Part shown: in pieces, positions 19,259 through 29,250 of the stretch | Numbering within the stretch: position 1 is the first letter of the stretch | How the letters are laid out: each line of letters begins with the position of its first letter | Origin: Gammaproteobacteria bacterium | GTDB taxonomy: Bacteria > Pseudomonadota > Gammaproteobacteria > UBA4575 | DNA length: 64,000 nucleotides | NCBI GenBank assembly: GCA_965222615.1 | Contig: CBDCUI010000008.1 | Location: forward strand, 224,001-288,000 | Direction: 5' to 3' | The notes under the pieces: generated by a model | The model's input: only the letters and a program-made list of their open reading frames with translations | The model's database searches: none | What the model was told of the DNA's origin: nothing | Translations under genes and position numbers: made by a program

Positions 19259-20614
19259 ATGGATACTAAAGAATTTGCATTTAGAGCAAAAAATATTAGC
19301 AAGATATATCGACTCGGCGCAAAAAATATTGCGAAAGATAGTCTTGGTGCAATTCTATTTGATCTGGCTAGGAGCCCTTTAAAAAACTATAAAAAATATC
19401 GCGCTCTATACAAATTTAGTGAAGATGAACTTCATAGCAAATCAAATTACAATGAATCTTCTGATATTTTATGGGCACTTAATAACGTATCTTTTGATAT
19501 TAAACGAGGTGAAACGGTTGGGATAATCGGGCGTAACGGTGCCGGAAAATCAACTTTACTTAAAGTTTTAGCGCGGATAACTCACCCTACAAGCGGTCGA
19601 GTAGAAATAAGAGGAAGAATAGCAAGTCTGTTAGAGGTGGGTACAGGATTTCATCCAGAATTAACTGGAAGAGAAAATGTTTATCTCAATGGCACTGTAC
19701 TAGGGATGAGAAAACATGAAGTCGATAGAAAGTTTGATGAAATTGTAGATTTTTCAGGGGTAGAAAAATTTATCGATACACCTGTGAAGAGATATTCTAG
19801 TGGGATGCGGGTACGCCTGGCTTTTGCAGTAGCTGCACACTTGGAACCGGAAATTCTTATTGTCGATGAGGTCCTGGCGGTTGGAGATTCGGCATTTCAA
19901 AAAAAGTGCTTACACAAAATGGAAGATGTCAGTCAACATGGTAGAACCGTTTTATTCGTTTCACATAATATGGCATCAGTGAGTCGATTGTGCGAGCGTG
20001 GCATTTTGTTAGACGAAGGTACTGTGATTCAAGATGGACCCATGCATAAAGTTGTTAGTACTTACTTATCTAGTGGCACAGGTACTTCAGCTGCGAAAGA
20101 ATGGCCTGATCCTGCAAAGGCACCTGGCGAGAATGTCGCACGTCTACGGGCGGTAAGAATTATTGATAGTGATAGTAATGTTTCTGAAATTATCGATATA
20201 AGAAATAAGGTTGGAATTCAAATGGAATTTGATGTGATTGAAACGGGTTATACGATGCTTCCTCTTTTTTATATCAATAATGAAGATGGAGTGACAGCAT
20301 TTAAGACCATGGATCAAGATCTTGAATGGAGATCTAAGCCTCGGCCACTAGGACGCTTTGTCAGTACAGCATGGATTCCTGGTAACTACCTTGCAGAGGG
20401 TTCGATTTTAATTACTTGTGCACTTACTACAGTGAATCCAAATATTCCACAATTTATTGAACGTCAAACAGTTGCGGCTCAGATTGTTGACCCGATGGAA
20501 GGTGATTCGGCTAGAGGCGATTGGGCTGGGGAGATGGAAGGTGTGGTTAGACCTAAGTTGAATTGGGAAACACAATATATCGCATTAGAACAATCGAATG
20601 TTATGTCCGGTTAA
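19259..20614 (+). CDS. wzt: Polysaccharide ABC transporter ATPase with C-terminal Wzt_C domain
   Basis: [44 protein letters not shown]; ~190-aa C-terminal extension. Confidence 0.94.
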   Translation: MDTKEFAFRAKNISKIYRLGAKNIAKDSLGAILFDLARSPLKNYKKYRALYKFSEDELHSKSNYNESSDILWALNNVSFDIKRGETVGIIGRNGAGKSTLLKVLARITHPTSGRVEIRGRIASLLEVGTGFHPELTGRENVYLNGTVLGMRKHEVDRKFDEIVDFSGVEKFIDTPVKRYSSGMRVRLAFAVAAHLEPEILIVDEVLAVGDSAFQKKCLHKMEDVSQHGRTVLFVSHNMASVSRLCERGILLDEGTVIQDGPMHKVVSTYLSSGTGTSAAKEWPDPAKAPGENVARLRAVRIIDSDSNVSEIIDIRNKVGIQMEFDVIETGYTMLPLFYINNEDGVTAFKTMDQDLEWRSKPRPLGRFVSTAWIPGNYLAEGSILITCALTTVNPNIPQFIERQTVAAQIVDPMEGDSARGDWAGEMEGVVRPKLNWETQYIALEQSNVMSG

Positions 20615-20665
20615 TATTTAGAAATAAATATATTTTTTGCTTTTCACTAGTTTTCATGAAAAATT

Positions 20666-21337
20666 ATGTTTCAGAATGTCATAACAAATGTCGAAACAAA
20701 TGACAGAGTAACTGCATTGACCTTTGATGATGGTCCTCATCCCGTATATACACCCAGCTTATTGCATATTCTCAAAAAGCATAAAGCCAAAGCTACTTTT
20801 TTTCTTGTAGGTGAACAAGCCGTTAAATATCCGGATATTGTTGAGCAGATAGCTACAGCTGGACATGAAATAGGCACTCATACTTGGAAACATAGAAATC
20901 TAACATTAATCAAATCACGACGCCATCGAATGAAGTTAATGTGGAAAGGTTCGAAAGCGATTGCACCTTACTTCACGCGTTTATTTAGACCACCATATGG
21001 AGCACAAGACAAACGCATTCAGATTGATGCATCAATTTTGAGGTATAAGCTTGTACTTTGGAACGTTTCTGCGCAGGATTGGATACCGCAGCAAGCAGAA
21101 GAAATAACGGGAAAAATTGTAAATCGCGTTGCGCCAGGAAATATATTTCTTTTACATGATGCTATATATGATAGTCAGAAGCAGGGTACAGCTAAAATGC
21201 ATGATCGTGAACCTATGTTAACTGGTCTTGACAATGCACTTACTGAACTTAAAAACAAGTTTCGATTTATTACTGTAAGTGAGATTATTAAATGTGGAAA
21301 ATCCGTATGCAATTGGCCAATTAAAAGTATGGCCTAG
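20666..21337 (+). CDS. Polysaccharide deacetylase (NodB/CE4)
   Basis: ALTFDDGP, HEIGTHTWKH, FRPPYG, LLHD. Confidence 0.92.
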   Translation: MFQNVITNVETNDRVTALTFDDGPHPVYTPSLLHILKKHKAKATFFLVGEQAVKYPDIVEQIATAGHEIGTHTWKHRNLTLIKSRRHRMKLMWKGSKAIAPYFTRLFRPPYGAQDKRIQIDASILRYKLVLWNVSAQDWIPQQAEEITGKIVNRVAPGNIFLLHDAIYDSQKQGTAKMHDREPMLTGLDNALTELKNKFRFITVSEIIKCGKSVCNWPIKSMA

Positions 21338-21418
21338 GTTTTATTCCGTCTAGAACTAAGTGTGAGTTCCGATTCATACATTAAGTTTAACTACTTTTTC
21401 TAGCTCAGGACTAACGAA

Positions 21419-22324
21419 TTGACAGCATCTACAATACAACTCAGTGTAATAATACCCTGCTTCAATGCCGGCGCTACATTAGCCGAGCAGCTTGATGCGC
21501 TTAGTGCTCAAAAATGGTCTAAGCCATGGGAATTAATCGTTTCCGATAACGGTTCAACTGATAATTCAAATGAGATTGCACAGCAATACAAAGACAGGTT
21601 TCATGCCTTTAAAATTGTAGACTCATCTGAAAAAAGAGGTGGTGCGAACGCTGTCAATAAAGGAGTGATCGAAGCCAGTTCCGATAATATTGCTGTTTGT
21701 GATGCTGATGATGAAGTAACACCAGGTTGGGTAGCGGCAATGGGAGATGCTTTGAGTAAGCATGAAATTGTTTGCGGTAAATTCAAGTTTGATAAATTTA
21801 ATGCGCCTGAAGATGCGGAACGAGCTCTACAAGGCTGGGAGACAGGGCTTTATGTGGGAAGATTTTTGCCTGGTGGTGGAAGTGGCAATTATGGAATTAG
21901 GAAATCTGTTCATGACAGTATTGATGGTTTTGACACATGTTTTAAAAATGTTTATGACGCAGATTATTTTTGGAGATTGCAATTAAAAGGTCATAAATTG
22001 CATGTTGTGCAAGATGCAGTTATTCAAATTCGTTTACCACAAGCTAATTCTTCTTTATCTTATAGGTTTCGTAAAGCGAAAGGTAAAGCGGCATCAAATT
22101 ATTGGCTTTATAAGCGCTATAAAGAATATGGTATGCGGGCCCCTAAACCATTTACAAAAATATTTATTGAATGGACATTGCTATTGAGAAATGGAATGCG
22201 TAATTGTTTGAAGAACAAAGAAAATAGGTTTGTATGGCTCCCAAAATTCGCCCAAAAAACCGGGTTCCTGGTTGGGGAAATTCAAGGTCGATTATCGAAC
22301 CCATGCAAACCATTTATACCTTAG
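21419..22324 (+). CDS. Glycosyltransferase family 2
   Basis: SVIIPCFN, SDNGSTD, CDADD. Confidence 0.9.
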   Translation: MTASTIQLSVIIPCFNAGATLAEQLDALSAQKWSKPWELIVSDNGSTDNSNEIAQQYKDRFHAFKIVDSSEKRGGANAVNKGVIEASSDNIAVCDADDEVTPGWVAAMGDALSKHEIVCGKFKFDKFNAPEDAERALQGWETGLYVGRFLPGGGSGNYGIRKSVHDSIDGFDTCFKNVYDADYFWRLQLKGHKLHVVQDAVIQIRLPQANSSLSYRFRKAKGKAASNYWLYKRYKEYGMRAPKPFTKIFIEWTLLLRNGMRNCLKNKENRFVWLPKFAQKTGFLVGEIQGRLSNPCKPFIP

Positions 22325-22359
22325 TAATAAAATAAGAATCTATTACTTTAGTATTTTTG

Positions 22360-23772
22360 TTATTTATGTTTAATATGTAAATATAAGACTGCATCGCCAT
22401 TAAATGGTGCACTAAATTGCATTTTATTTTGTAAATTAGCTATACCAGTTTCGACTATTTTTCCAGATGCCGGATTAAACCACTCATATTTATAAGTACC
22501 TGAAACTATTTGTGCATGAAAGGCGCCAGAGTTGGGCTGATATATGAGATATTCTAAGCCTGGATTCCTTAGGCAGTAACCTGTAGAGCAGTGTTCTAAA
22601 TTAGACGAAGGCACCATGTTTACTAAATCAATTTTTTTTGAATATTCTAAAGTGTAACCCATATTCTTTCGAGCATCGATTAAGTTCCACTTTTTCCAGT
22701 GGCCACCTAAAGGATCCATATAAATGGGATTTAAACCTCTTAGAAAACTTTTCCAAATCCAAATTCTATCTCCTCCTATGCCCCATAAATGGTCTGTATC
22801 ACTAATAATAATTTTTTCGCCGTTAGCAAGTGGTGGATCTTTTCTATAATTTTCACCATTATTTTTATTTTGGATGGGAGAAATCCAATCCGCATCACTT
22901 TCAAAAACAAATTTGTTTCCCAACGATTTGTGGCTTGTTAAGCCAACTGGATGTTGATTGGGTTTTGTAGCTTGATAATGATTGAGATAGTCTAGAAGCG
23001 CATATTGCCATTGTTTATGTTTTTCAGCCCAAAATTTGTCCATACCAGGATCTTCGTTGCAAATTTCGTATAAGACATTATCGAAATCATTTACAGTATC
23101 GACAATTTTTCGAATATAGGCCTTCTGAAACTCAAGGATGGTGTTATCTAATACAGAATGAAATTCTTCGCCCTCACCATTGCGGTTCAAATAATCAGCG
23201 TTTAACTCATTGATATTATTGGATTTATTGAATGGATGGTACTTAAATACATTAATGTGATTGCCAAAGCTAGTATCTATGCTCCAGCCTTGAAACAGCA
23301 TAATGCTAATATATTGGTTTCGATATTTAGCAATTTTTACTCTGGAACTTAAAATGTCGAAATGGAGTTGGTTAAATTTATTTAAATCAAATTTCAATAA
23401 GCCGTCATTAGCATTCCCTGGGCCGGTTCTTTGCCAAGGCATTATTGAGACAGTATCGCCTTCTTCAGTATATGCATTTCCTTTAGTGTGTTCGCTCATC
23501 CAATATCTAATGAAATTATGGCCATGCCTTTCAAGCATTTTAGAAAATTCATTGAAAGACCCTGGTTTTATAAATGACCAAGTGTGCGAACCAGTGAGAT
23601 AAACAATTTCATTTTTTGCATTTGCAAAATAGCGTGGATTATCAGGATGGACTGTGAGTGGACTAGAGCTAAGTGTTGTACTACCTAGTATGTAAACTAG
23701 GAATATGCTTATTTTTAGAATTATTTTTTTTAACAATTTAATTAATAAATAATGTAATAAATAATTAATCAC
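22360..23772 (-). CDS. Secreted glycoside-hydrolase-like protein (DUF4038/DUF6298-type TIM barrel + C-terminal putative collagen-binding domain)
   Basis: Hydrophobic N-terminus, VHPDNPRYF, YLTGSHTW, NVLYEICNE, DTDHLWG, C-terminal YEWFNPASG...DAVLYL. Confidence 0.6.
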   Translation of the reverse strand: MINYLLHYLLIKLLKKIILKISIFLVYILGSTTLSSSPLTVHPDNPRYFANAKNEIVYLTGSHTWSFIKPGSFNEFSKMLERHGHNFIRYWMSEHTKGNAYTEEGDTVSIMPWQRTGPGNANDGLLKFDLNKFNQLHFDILSSRVKIAKYRNQYISIMLFQGWSIDTSFGNHINVFKYHPFNKSNNINELNADYLNRNGEGEEFHSVLDNTILEFQKAYIRKIVDTVNDFDNVLYEICNEDPGMDKFWAEKHKQWQYALLDYLNHYQATKPNQHPVGLTSHKSLGNKFVFESDADWISPIQNKNNGENYRKDPPLANGEKIIISDTDHLWGIGGDRIWIWKSFLRGLNPIYMDPLGGHWKKWNLIDARKNMGYTLEYSKKIDLVNMVPSSNLEHCSTGYCLRNPGLEYLIYQPNSGAFHAQIVSGTYKYEWFNPASGKIVETGIANLQNKMQFSAPFNGDAVLYLHIKHK

Positions 23773-23834
23773 ACGCTGCAGAGTAGATTTACAATATTTA
23801 GTAAGAAAGAATTTATAAATTATGGTTGTAATTA

Positions 23835-25043
23835 TTATAAATAAAGAATTTCGGAAATAACTTCTTTATATTTTATTGCATAGTTTTCTCTTGTGTGATG
23901 TTTCCTGGCAAATTCCCAAGCTTTGCGTGATCTAGCTTCTAATTTTTCAGCGGATAAATTAGCGATGTATCTTACTGAATGCTTAATTTCATCGACCGAA
24001 CTGTTATTAAGGATCAGGCCAAAATCTTCAACATCTGATGCAGTCTCATAGCTTATTATAGGGATTAATCCTGCGTGCATACCCATTTTTACAGAACCTG
24101 TACCGGCCTCAGAGCAACTTATATGCAGCATGGCAACACAATTTTTAATTATTTTTTTAAACTGATCGCCTTCAATGTCAACCCAGCCAATTGTTTCAAT
24201 ATTAGGTGTATTAAATAATTCATTATGATAAGCATTAATAAAATCTTTGTCTTTTTCTAGTGTTACACAAATGGTTAAATGGCAATCAGGTAAATCGCGA
24301 AATGCATCTAATACTAAATCTAAGCCTTTATGTACGAAGCCACTACTACTGAACCAAAGAAAATTGTTTCTAACATGATTCCAATTTTTATCCTCAATCC
24401 AGTCATAAGTAGTTGCACACGGGGTGGGCAATTTAAATATTTTTTTATTTGCGTAACTAAACGTATTGATGCACGCATCGTTGCCAACAGTGGTGGCATA
24501 GTCTGCATAATCTATAAGTAAATTAGGTGGTTCAAATCTTCGAGGTTGTAAAATTATACTGCGTCTAATTTGCAATTCTAATAATCTTTTTGCTTCTGCA
24601 GCATTATGGAAAAGTATGTGGGAAGTATCTAAATGAGCTATTTTTACACAGTCGTCATTAAGTAATGGGGCAAGCCGCTCCATGTTTCTGCGTACATCTA
24701 CAAATGCTGCATATTCTCCCTCCGGGATGTATTTATCATTTCTCCAACTGATTACATCGACAATGTAGCCAAGTTCGACAAAAATCTCTGCCATGTTTAC
24801 CGATTGCCATATATTAGTGTGATTATTGGCAATTTGATCTTTGGACTGAACAAGAAACCCATTAATTATGTAAGAAAAGAGAACTTTCCCGCGTGCTGTT
24901 CCTTCGGGTTCGAGCCTGACTACAATACGATCAAGTTTTTCAGTTTTCAGTTTTTTTTTAGTACTACGAAAACAGGATTTTAGCGCTTGAACATATGTAT
25001 AGACTTCACTGCTTTGAGCAGGGCTTATGATCGTTTTTTTCAT
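23835..25043 (-). CDS. Glycosyltransferase (GT-B, GT4-like)
   Basis: HKGLDLVLDAF, SCSEAG, HAGLIPI; GT-B C-terminal pattern. Confidence 0.8.
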   Translation of the reverse strand: MKKTIISPAQSSEVYTYVQALKSCFRSTKKKLKTEKLDRIVVRLEPEGTARGKVLFSYIINGFLVQSKDQIANNHTNIWQSVNMAEIFVELGYIVDVISWRNDKYIPEGEYAAFVDVRRNMERLAPLLNDDCVKIAHLDTSHILFHNAAEAKRLLELQIRRSIILQPRRFEPPNLLIDYADYATTVGNDACINTFSYANKKIFKLPTPCATTYDWIEDKNWNHVRNNFLWFSSSGFVHKGLDLVLDAFRDLPDCHLTICVTLEKDKDFINAYHNELFNTPNIETIGWVDIEGDQFKKIIKNCVAMLHISCSEAGTGSVKMGMHAGLIPIISYETASDVEDFGLILNNSSVDEIKHSVRYIANLSAEKLEARSRKAWEFARKHHTRENYAIKYKEVISEILYL

Positions 25044-25111
25044 TATTCTATTTTAAAAAAATAAAATTTTTCTGTGTCATTGAAATTTAGCTGAAATTAG
25101 CACTAAAGTTT

Positions 25112-25984
25112 CTAAGTTCTAGTGGTATTAATAGTAGAACTAGCTAATTTTTTTATTGCTCTTTGAGTAAAGACTTTTAGTCGCTTAAACATGTTAAAAT
25201 TTTGTTCTGAATTTTTTTGTGGTATAGGACGCATCAAGATGAGGTTTAAAGGCACCGCACTATTACGTGTCCAGAGGTGTTTCTCCTCTTCGCAACTGAT
25301 ATCCGCTGAAGCGTGAGATTTTTGCTTAATAAAAGTTTCTTCTGAAGGCCAATGCCAATTTTTCTCCCATGTCCAAACTTTGTAGTCTTGATAGTGATTC
25401 ACAAGTTTTTTCACGATATTATCTTTTGCGGGAAACGTTATCATTTCTTCTACATGAGTATACTGCGGTACAATATGAATTGTCCTAGTACTGCAATAGT
25501 TAGAGTACCAGAGGTTAAAGTTTATTGTCGCTTGTAATTCATTTACAACGCGATAAACTTGTACATGCTCTTCATGACCATATTCCCCCCAAGGATTGTG
25601 CGTAAATATGTTTTGATATTGACTTAGTATAGGACTCAGTTTCTCTTTTAGTTCGTAGTAATTCTTCAGATATATATCTTTGTCTGTTAGATGTGTGTTG
25701 TTTTTCCCAACAAATTCTAGCCCATATTGATTGAAGATTGGTGTTTCAAAGCTTCGCGGCCTCCAAACACCGAGTGAGGAAAGACCTAGACAAGAAACAT
25801 TTTGCATTGGGCTGTTTGATATTGATTTAATGCGCCGCGCTCCAAAGTTTGGATCTGCTAACTCATTGGAAAAACATATTATAATTTGTTGAACTTTTTC
25901 TAGTATAGAACTAAACCACAGAACCTCATCGTCTGGGTGTGCGGCAACGATTACCGAGTTCTTCAACTTGCTTACGTTTCCCAT
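25112..25984 (-). CDS. PIG-L/LmbE-family deacetylase
   Basis: AHPDDEVLW and THNPWGEYGHEEH metal-binding motifs. Confidence 0.8.
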   Translation of the reverse strand: MGNVSKLKNSVIVAAHPDDEVLWFSSILEKVQQIIICFSNELADPNFGARRIKSISNSPMQNVSCLGLSSLGVWRPRSFETPIFNQYGLEFVGKNNTHLTDKDIYLKNYYELKEKLSPILSQYQNIFTHNPWGEYGHEEHVQVYRVVNELQATINFNLWYSNYCSTRTIHIVPQYTHVEEMITFPAKDNIVKKLVNHYQDYKVWTWEKNWHWPSEETFIKQKSHASADISCEEEKHLWTRNSAVPLNLILMRPIPQKNSEQNFNMFKRLKVFTQRAIKKLASSTINTTRT

Positions 25985-26126
25985 TATTAGAAATTACCTT
26001 GTCAGAAAATAATTATTTAAAGGTAATTAGATTTTGCTATTAAAATAATAGAGTATGATACATGATTCGCTATCTCCTTCGATTCACCTTCATTGATCGA
26101 GTATTTTGAATCTAGTTATAAATTGG

Positions 26127-27938
26127 TTACTGATTCAGCTCAGGCAAATCACGTAGTTTAATCTCAAAGAGTTTTGGCCATAACTTTCCAGTGACGAAAA
26201 ATTGGTTACTACTGTTATTATATGCAATACCATTCAAGTTATCCGTTTTTCCCTCTTGATCTTTAATGCTTAATAGGCCTTCAAGGTTAATCCAACCTAC
26301 TACTTGACCAGTTTGAGGGTTTATAATTGCAATGTAATCAGTTGGATGAATATTTGCGTAGATCAGACCGTTTATGAACTGTAATTCGTTCAACCCATTT
26401 TGTGGTTTATCATTACAGTGAACCTGTATTTGTGTAAATTCTTTGAAGGTTTCTGGGCTAAAACATCGCAAAATGGAACTGCCGTTACTCATTATTAGAT
26501 GTTCCCCATCATTAGTTAGTCCCCAACCTTCGCCCTCGTACTTAAACTCACCAATAATATTCAAATTTTGTTTATCGTAGATGAACCCCATTTCAGTCAT
26601 GTGGGTAAGTTGAAAAACTTTATCGTGATATATTGTTATTCCTTCTCCCCATAGATGGGCTGGTAACTCCTTCATTGCAATAACATTGCCGGTTTCAAGG
26701 CATACTTTACGAATCGAGGAAAACCACTTCTGCCCTGTGCTTTCGTATAAAACTCCTTCGTCGAAAACTATGCCCTGCGTCCATGCTTTACTATCGTGCT
26801 TATAGCTCTTGACTACGTCATGTTCGTATATTTGTATTCTATTAAAATTAAACTTATCTATAGACTGTTTTGATTCCTTTATTTTGGGTCGTGGATTTCT
26901 AACAGCACGCCTTCCGATGCGCCAAGCATTTCTTATTAAAGGCCTGATTCTGACTATACCTTTTCGTTCAATCGTTACGTTTTGATTAAAGCGTGGTTTT
27001 GCGCCTAAACTAAATTTATAACGTTCATCACCTACACCTAAATCAAATATCTCAAAGCCTTGTTCTAACGCATACTGAATATTCAATATATTCACTATAA
27101 GCCCGGGAGAGTGTATGCCATGATAATCAAGGTTGTAAGTGATATTGTATCCATATAACGCTTTCTTAATTGGGTCTACAAATCCTGCAAAAGCTCCAAT
27201 TACTACCTCATTATCTTTGAGTACAATAAGCCTTAAGCATCCTTCTGCAAAAGTTATCCTAAACAAACTACGATAGCGTTCGGCACGCATAGGCAACTTT
27301 CCCCACTGTTTTACACGAAATTTCAGTAGTGTCTCTATCTGTTCTTCAAGATTAGCCTGTGTAGTTTCAATAACGGAAAATCCTGAAAGTCTATCAACTT
27401 CTCGAAGTGAACGTCGTATTGCTCCACGTGTCTTTTTTTTAAGATAATTGCTTAAATAATCTTCCCAGTTTTCAGGTAGAGAAATAAAAGGGGCTTGTGT
27501 GTCAGGTTGATGTGAAACACTGTATTTTTTAGTAGAAAATGATTGAATAAATAAATCGAGTCTTGTATCAAATACAGCTTCAAGTGAAAGCGTGTTCCAT
27601 TTTAATGAATTTTGGATAAACTCAGCTATTGTGCTTATGGCTTTCTTTTCGTATTCTTTTCGACAAACAAAACCAGTATGATCAACAAGTGGAACTCCAC
27701 CAGAGACTAAAGTAAAAATGTCTTTTTTTCGACGCAACGCCATAAAGGCAACATAAGGGCCTTGCTCGTTTTGTCGTACTCCAATAACTAACCAATCTCG
27801 GGGGAATAACTTTATCCATGCCTTGGTCCATGCCCATGATACAAAAATTGTTGCTTTGAGATCGGCATTATAAACATCCTCCCAATTAACTTTTAATTCA
27901 TCAAATTCTTCAAAGGACCTTAATAGGGTCACTTGCAT
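26127..27938 (-). CDS. Fusion protein: GNAT (CelD/BcsL-like) acyltransferase + glutaminyl-peptide cyclotransferase domain
   Basis: N-part: TIFVSWAW, LPENWEDYL, SPGL, FDLGVGDERYKFSLGA. C-part: WTQG, YESTG, WGEG, EGWGLT, SNGSS, LNEL, LNGIAY, VTGKLWP. Single uninterrupted frame, SD GAGGA upstream. Confidence 0.85.
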   Translation of the reverse strand: MQVTLLRSFEEFDELKVNWEDVYNADLKATIFVSWAWTKAWIKLFPRDWLVIGVRQNEQGPYVAFMALRRKKDIFTLVSGGVPLVDHTGFVCRKEYEKKAISTIAEFIQNSLKWNTLSLEAVFDTRLDLFIQSFSTKKYSVSHQPDTQAPFISLPENWEDYLSNYLKKKTRGAIRRSLREVDRLSGFSVIETTQANLEEQIETLLKFRVKQWGKLPMRAERYRSLFRITFAEGCLRLIVLKDNEVVIGAFAGFVDPIKKALYGYNITYNLDYHGIHSPGLIVNILNIQYALEQGFEIFDLGVGDERYKFSLGAKPRFNQNVTIERKGIVRIRPLIRNAWRIGRRAVRNPRPKIKESKQSIDKFNFNRIQIYEHDVVKSYKHDSKAWTQGIVFDEGVLYESTGQKWFSSIRKVCLETGNVIAMKELPAHLWGEGITIYHDKVFQLTHMTEMGFIYDKQNLNIIGEFKYEGEGWGLTNDGEHLIMSNGSSILRCFSPETFKEFTQIQVHCNDKPQNGLNELQFINGLIYANIHPTDYIAIINPQTGQVVGWINLEGLLSIKDQEGKTDNLNGIAYNNSSNQFFVTGKLWPKLFEIKLRDLPELNQ

Positions 27939-27958
27939 AGTTATCCTCTAGGTATTTC

Positions 27959-28942
27959 TTACCAGCTAAACGCTTTTTCGAATGCTTGAGAAAGTCGAAA
28001 CACAGCAGTTTTACTTTTATTATCATTTAAGGATGATGTAGGGCCACTAGGAGTATTGTTTACATCTACGATGTATATCTTACCGTCATGGCGATCTCTA
28101 AGTACATCTATCTCACAATAGTCGAGACCTAGCCTTTTACAAAATCTATTCAATTTTGTTAGTTCTTCCTTAGATAAAACTTCAGCCACTTCTGCAATAT
28201 TGGCTTTTGTGTTTGTATGTTTTCTATCAACAAAACGGCTTTCTATAGGCCTGTATTTCAGATATACAAAAGGGATGATGCCTCCAAATACAGGAACCCT
28301 AATATCCTCGACAGAATCTTCAGAAACTTCATTATAGATAAGTCTTTGATATGTAACATTTGGCTCTCGTTCTTTGATAGGACATTGTATTACTCTGCCT
28401 TCATGAAGCGCATTCCAGTTTGATTTTGCAACACACTGGCCATTAAATTTTGTTGGATCAACAGATATTTGATATTCAAAAACTTCGTAAAAAACCTTAT
28501 TAATGTAATTCTTACTAATATCTTCACAACTCAGATTCAGGAATTTCGAATTTGATGAATGTACGGCAACATTTTTTAGAATGTTTTCCTTTGTTGGTAA
28601 AAATGGATTGCCGTCATACGCATTAAACCATTTCATAGCAATGTCCCAGTTAGCACTTGGATTCGTTGTAATACGAAATCCCAAAAACATTAGTACTTTA
28701 TAGAGAGCATGGAGTGGTAAAGGTTTATCTGGATAGAATAATATTGTTTTGCGCTTAACATATGCATCATATAAACTTTTTGCTAGAAGGTTTAATTTTT
28801 CTAAAGACCGATGTGTGTTCTCTACATGCTTTCTTTGGTTGTATATATGAATAAATGCTGGGTAATTTTCATTAATTTTCTTGTTTAAAACCCTTATGGT
28901 CCATCTAATTTTTTTCTTGATTTTGACTATCATCACGCACAT
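27959..28942 (-). CDS. ATP-grasp-like hypothetical protein
   Basis: CVAKSNWNALHEG, YQRLI, EDIRV, GLDYCEIDVL...IYIVDVNNTP match the ATP-grasp motif order. Confidence 0.6.
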   Translation of the reverse strand: MCVMIVKIKKKIRWTIRVLNKKINENYPAFIHIYNQRKHVENTHRSLEKLNLLAKSLYDAYVKRKTILFYPDKPLPLHALYKVLMFLGFRITTNPSANWDIAMKWFNAYDGNPFLPTKENILKNVAVHSSNSKFLNLSCEDISKNYINKVFYEVFEYQISVDPTKFNGQCVAKSNWNALHEGRVIQCPIKEREPNVTYQRLIYNEVSEDSVEDIRVPVFGGIIPFVYLKYRPIESRFVDRKHTNTKANIAEVAEVLSKEELTKLNRFCKRLGLDYCEIDVLRDRHDGKIYIVDVNNTPSGPTSSLNDNKSKTAVFRLSQAFEKAFSW

Positions 28943-29250
28943 TTACTCACATTAGATAAAATACAATGTACTAAATATTCAAAATGCCTGATAGGGGATT
29001 CAATTTATTTAGTCCATGAATGAGGACTATGTATCATAATTTTATTAAGCTGATTCTAGACATATTCTAGTCATAAAATTAAAAGGCCTAGTAATTGCGT
29101 AAATGCCTGTATTTAAAATTAATATGGCGCAGCTTTATTCAGTAATTGTGTGATTGGTATCAAAGAATAATGTGCGCCAGTTCAAAAAAGTGACCTAATT
29201 TGCATTTTTTGCTGATGGAAAACACTAAAATACCCTACTTTAAATAACCA

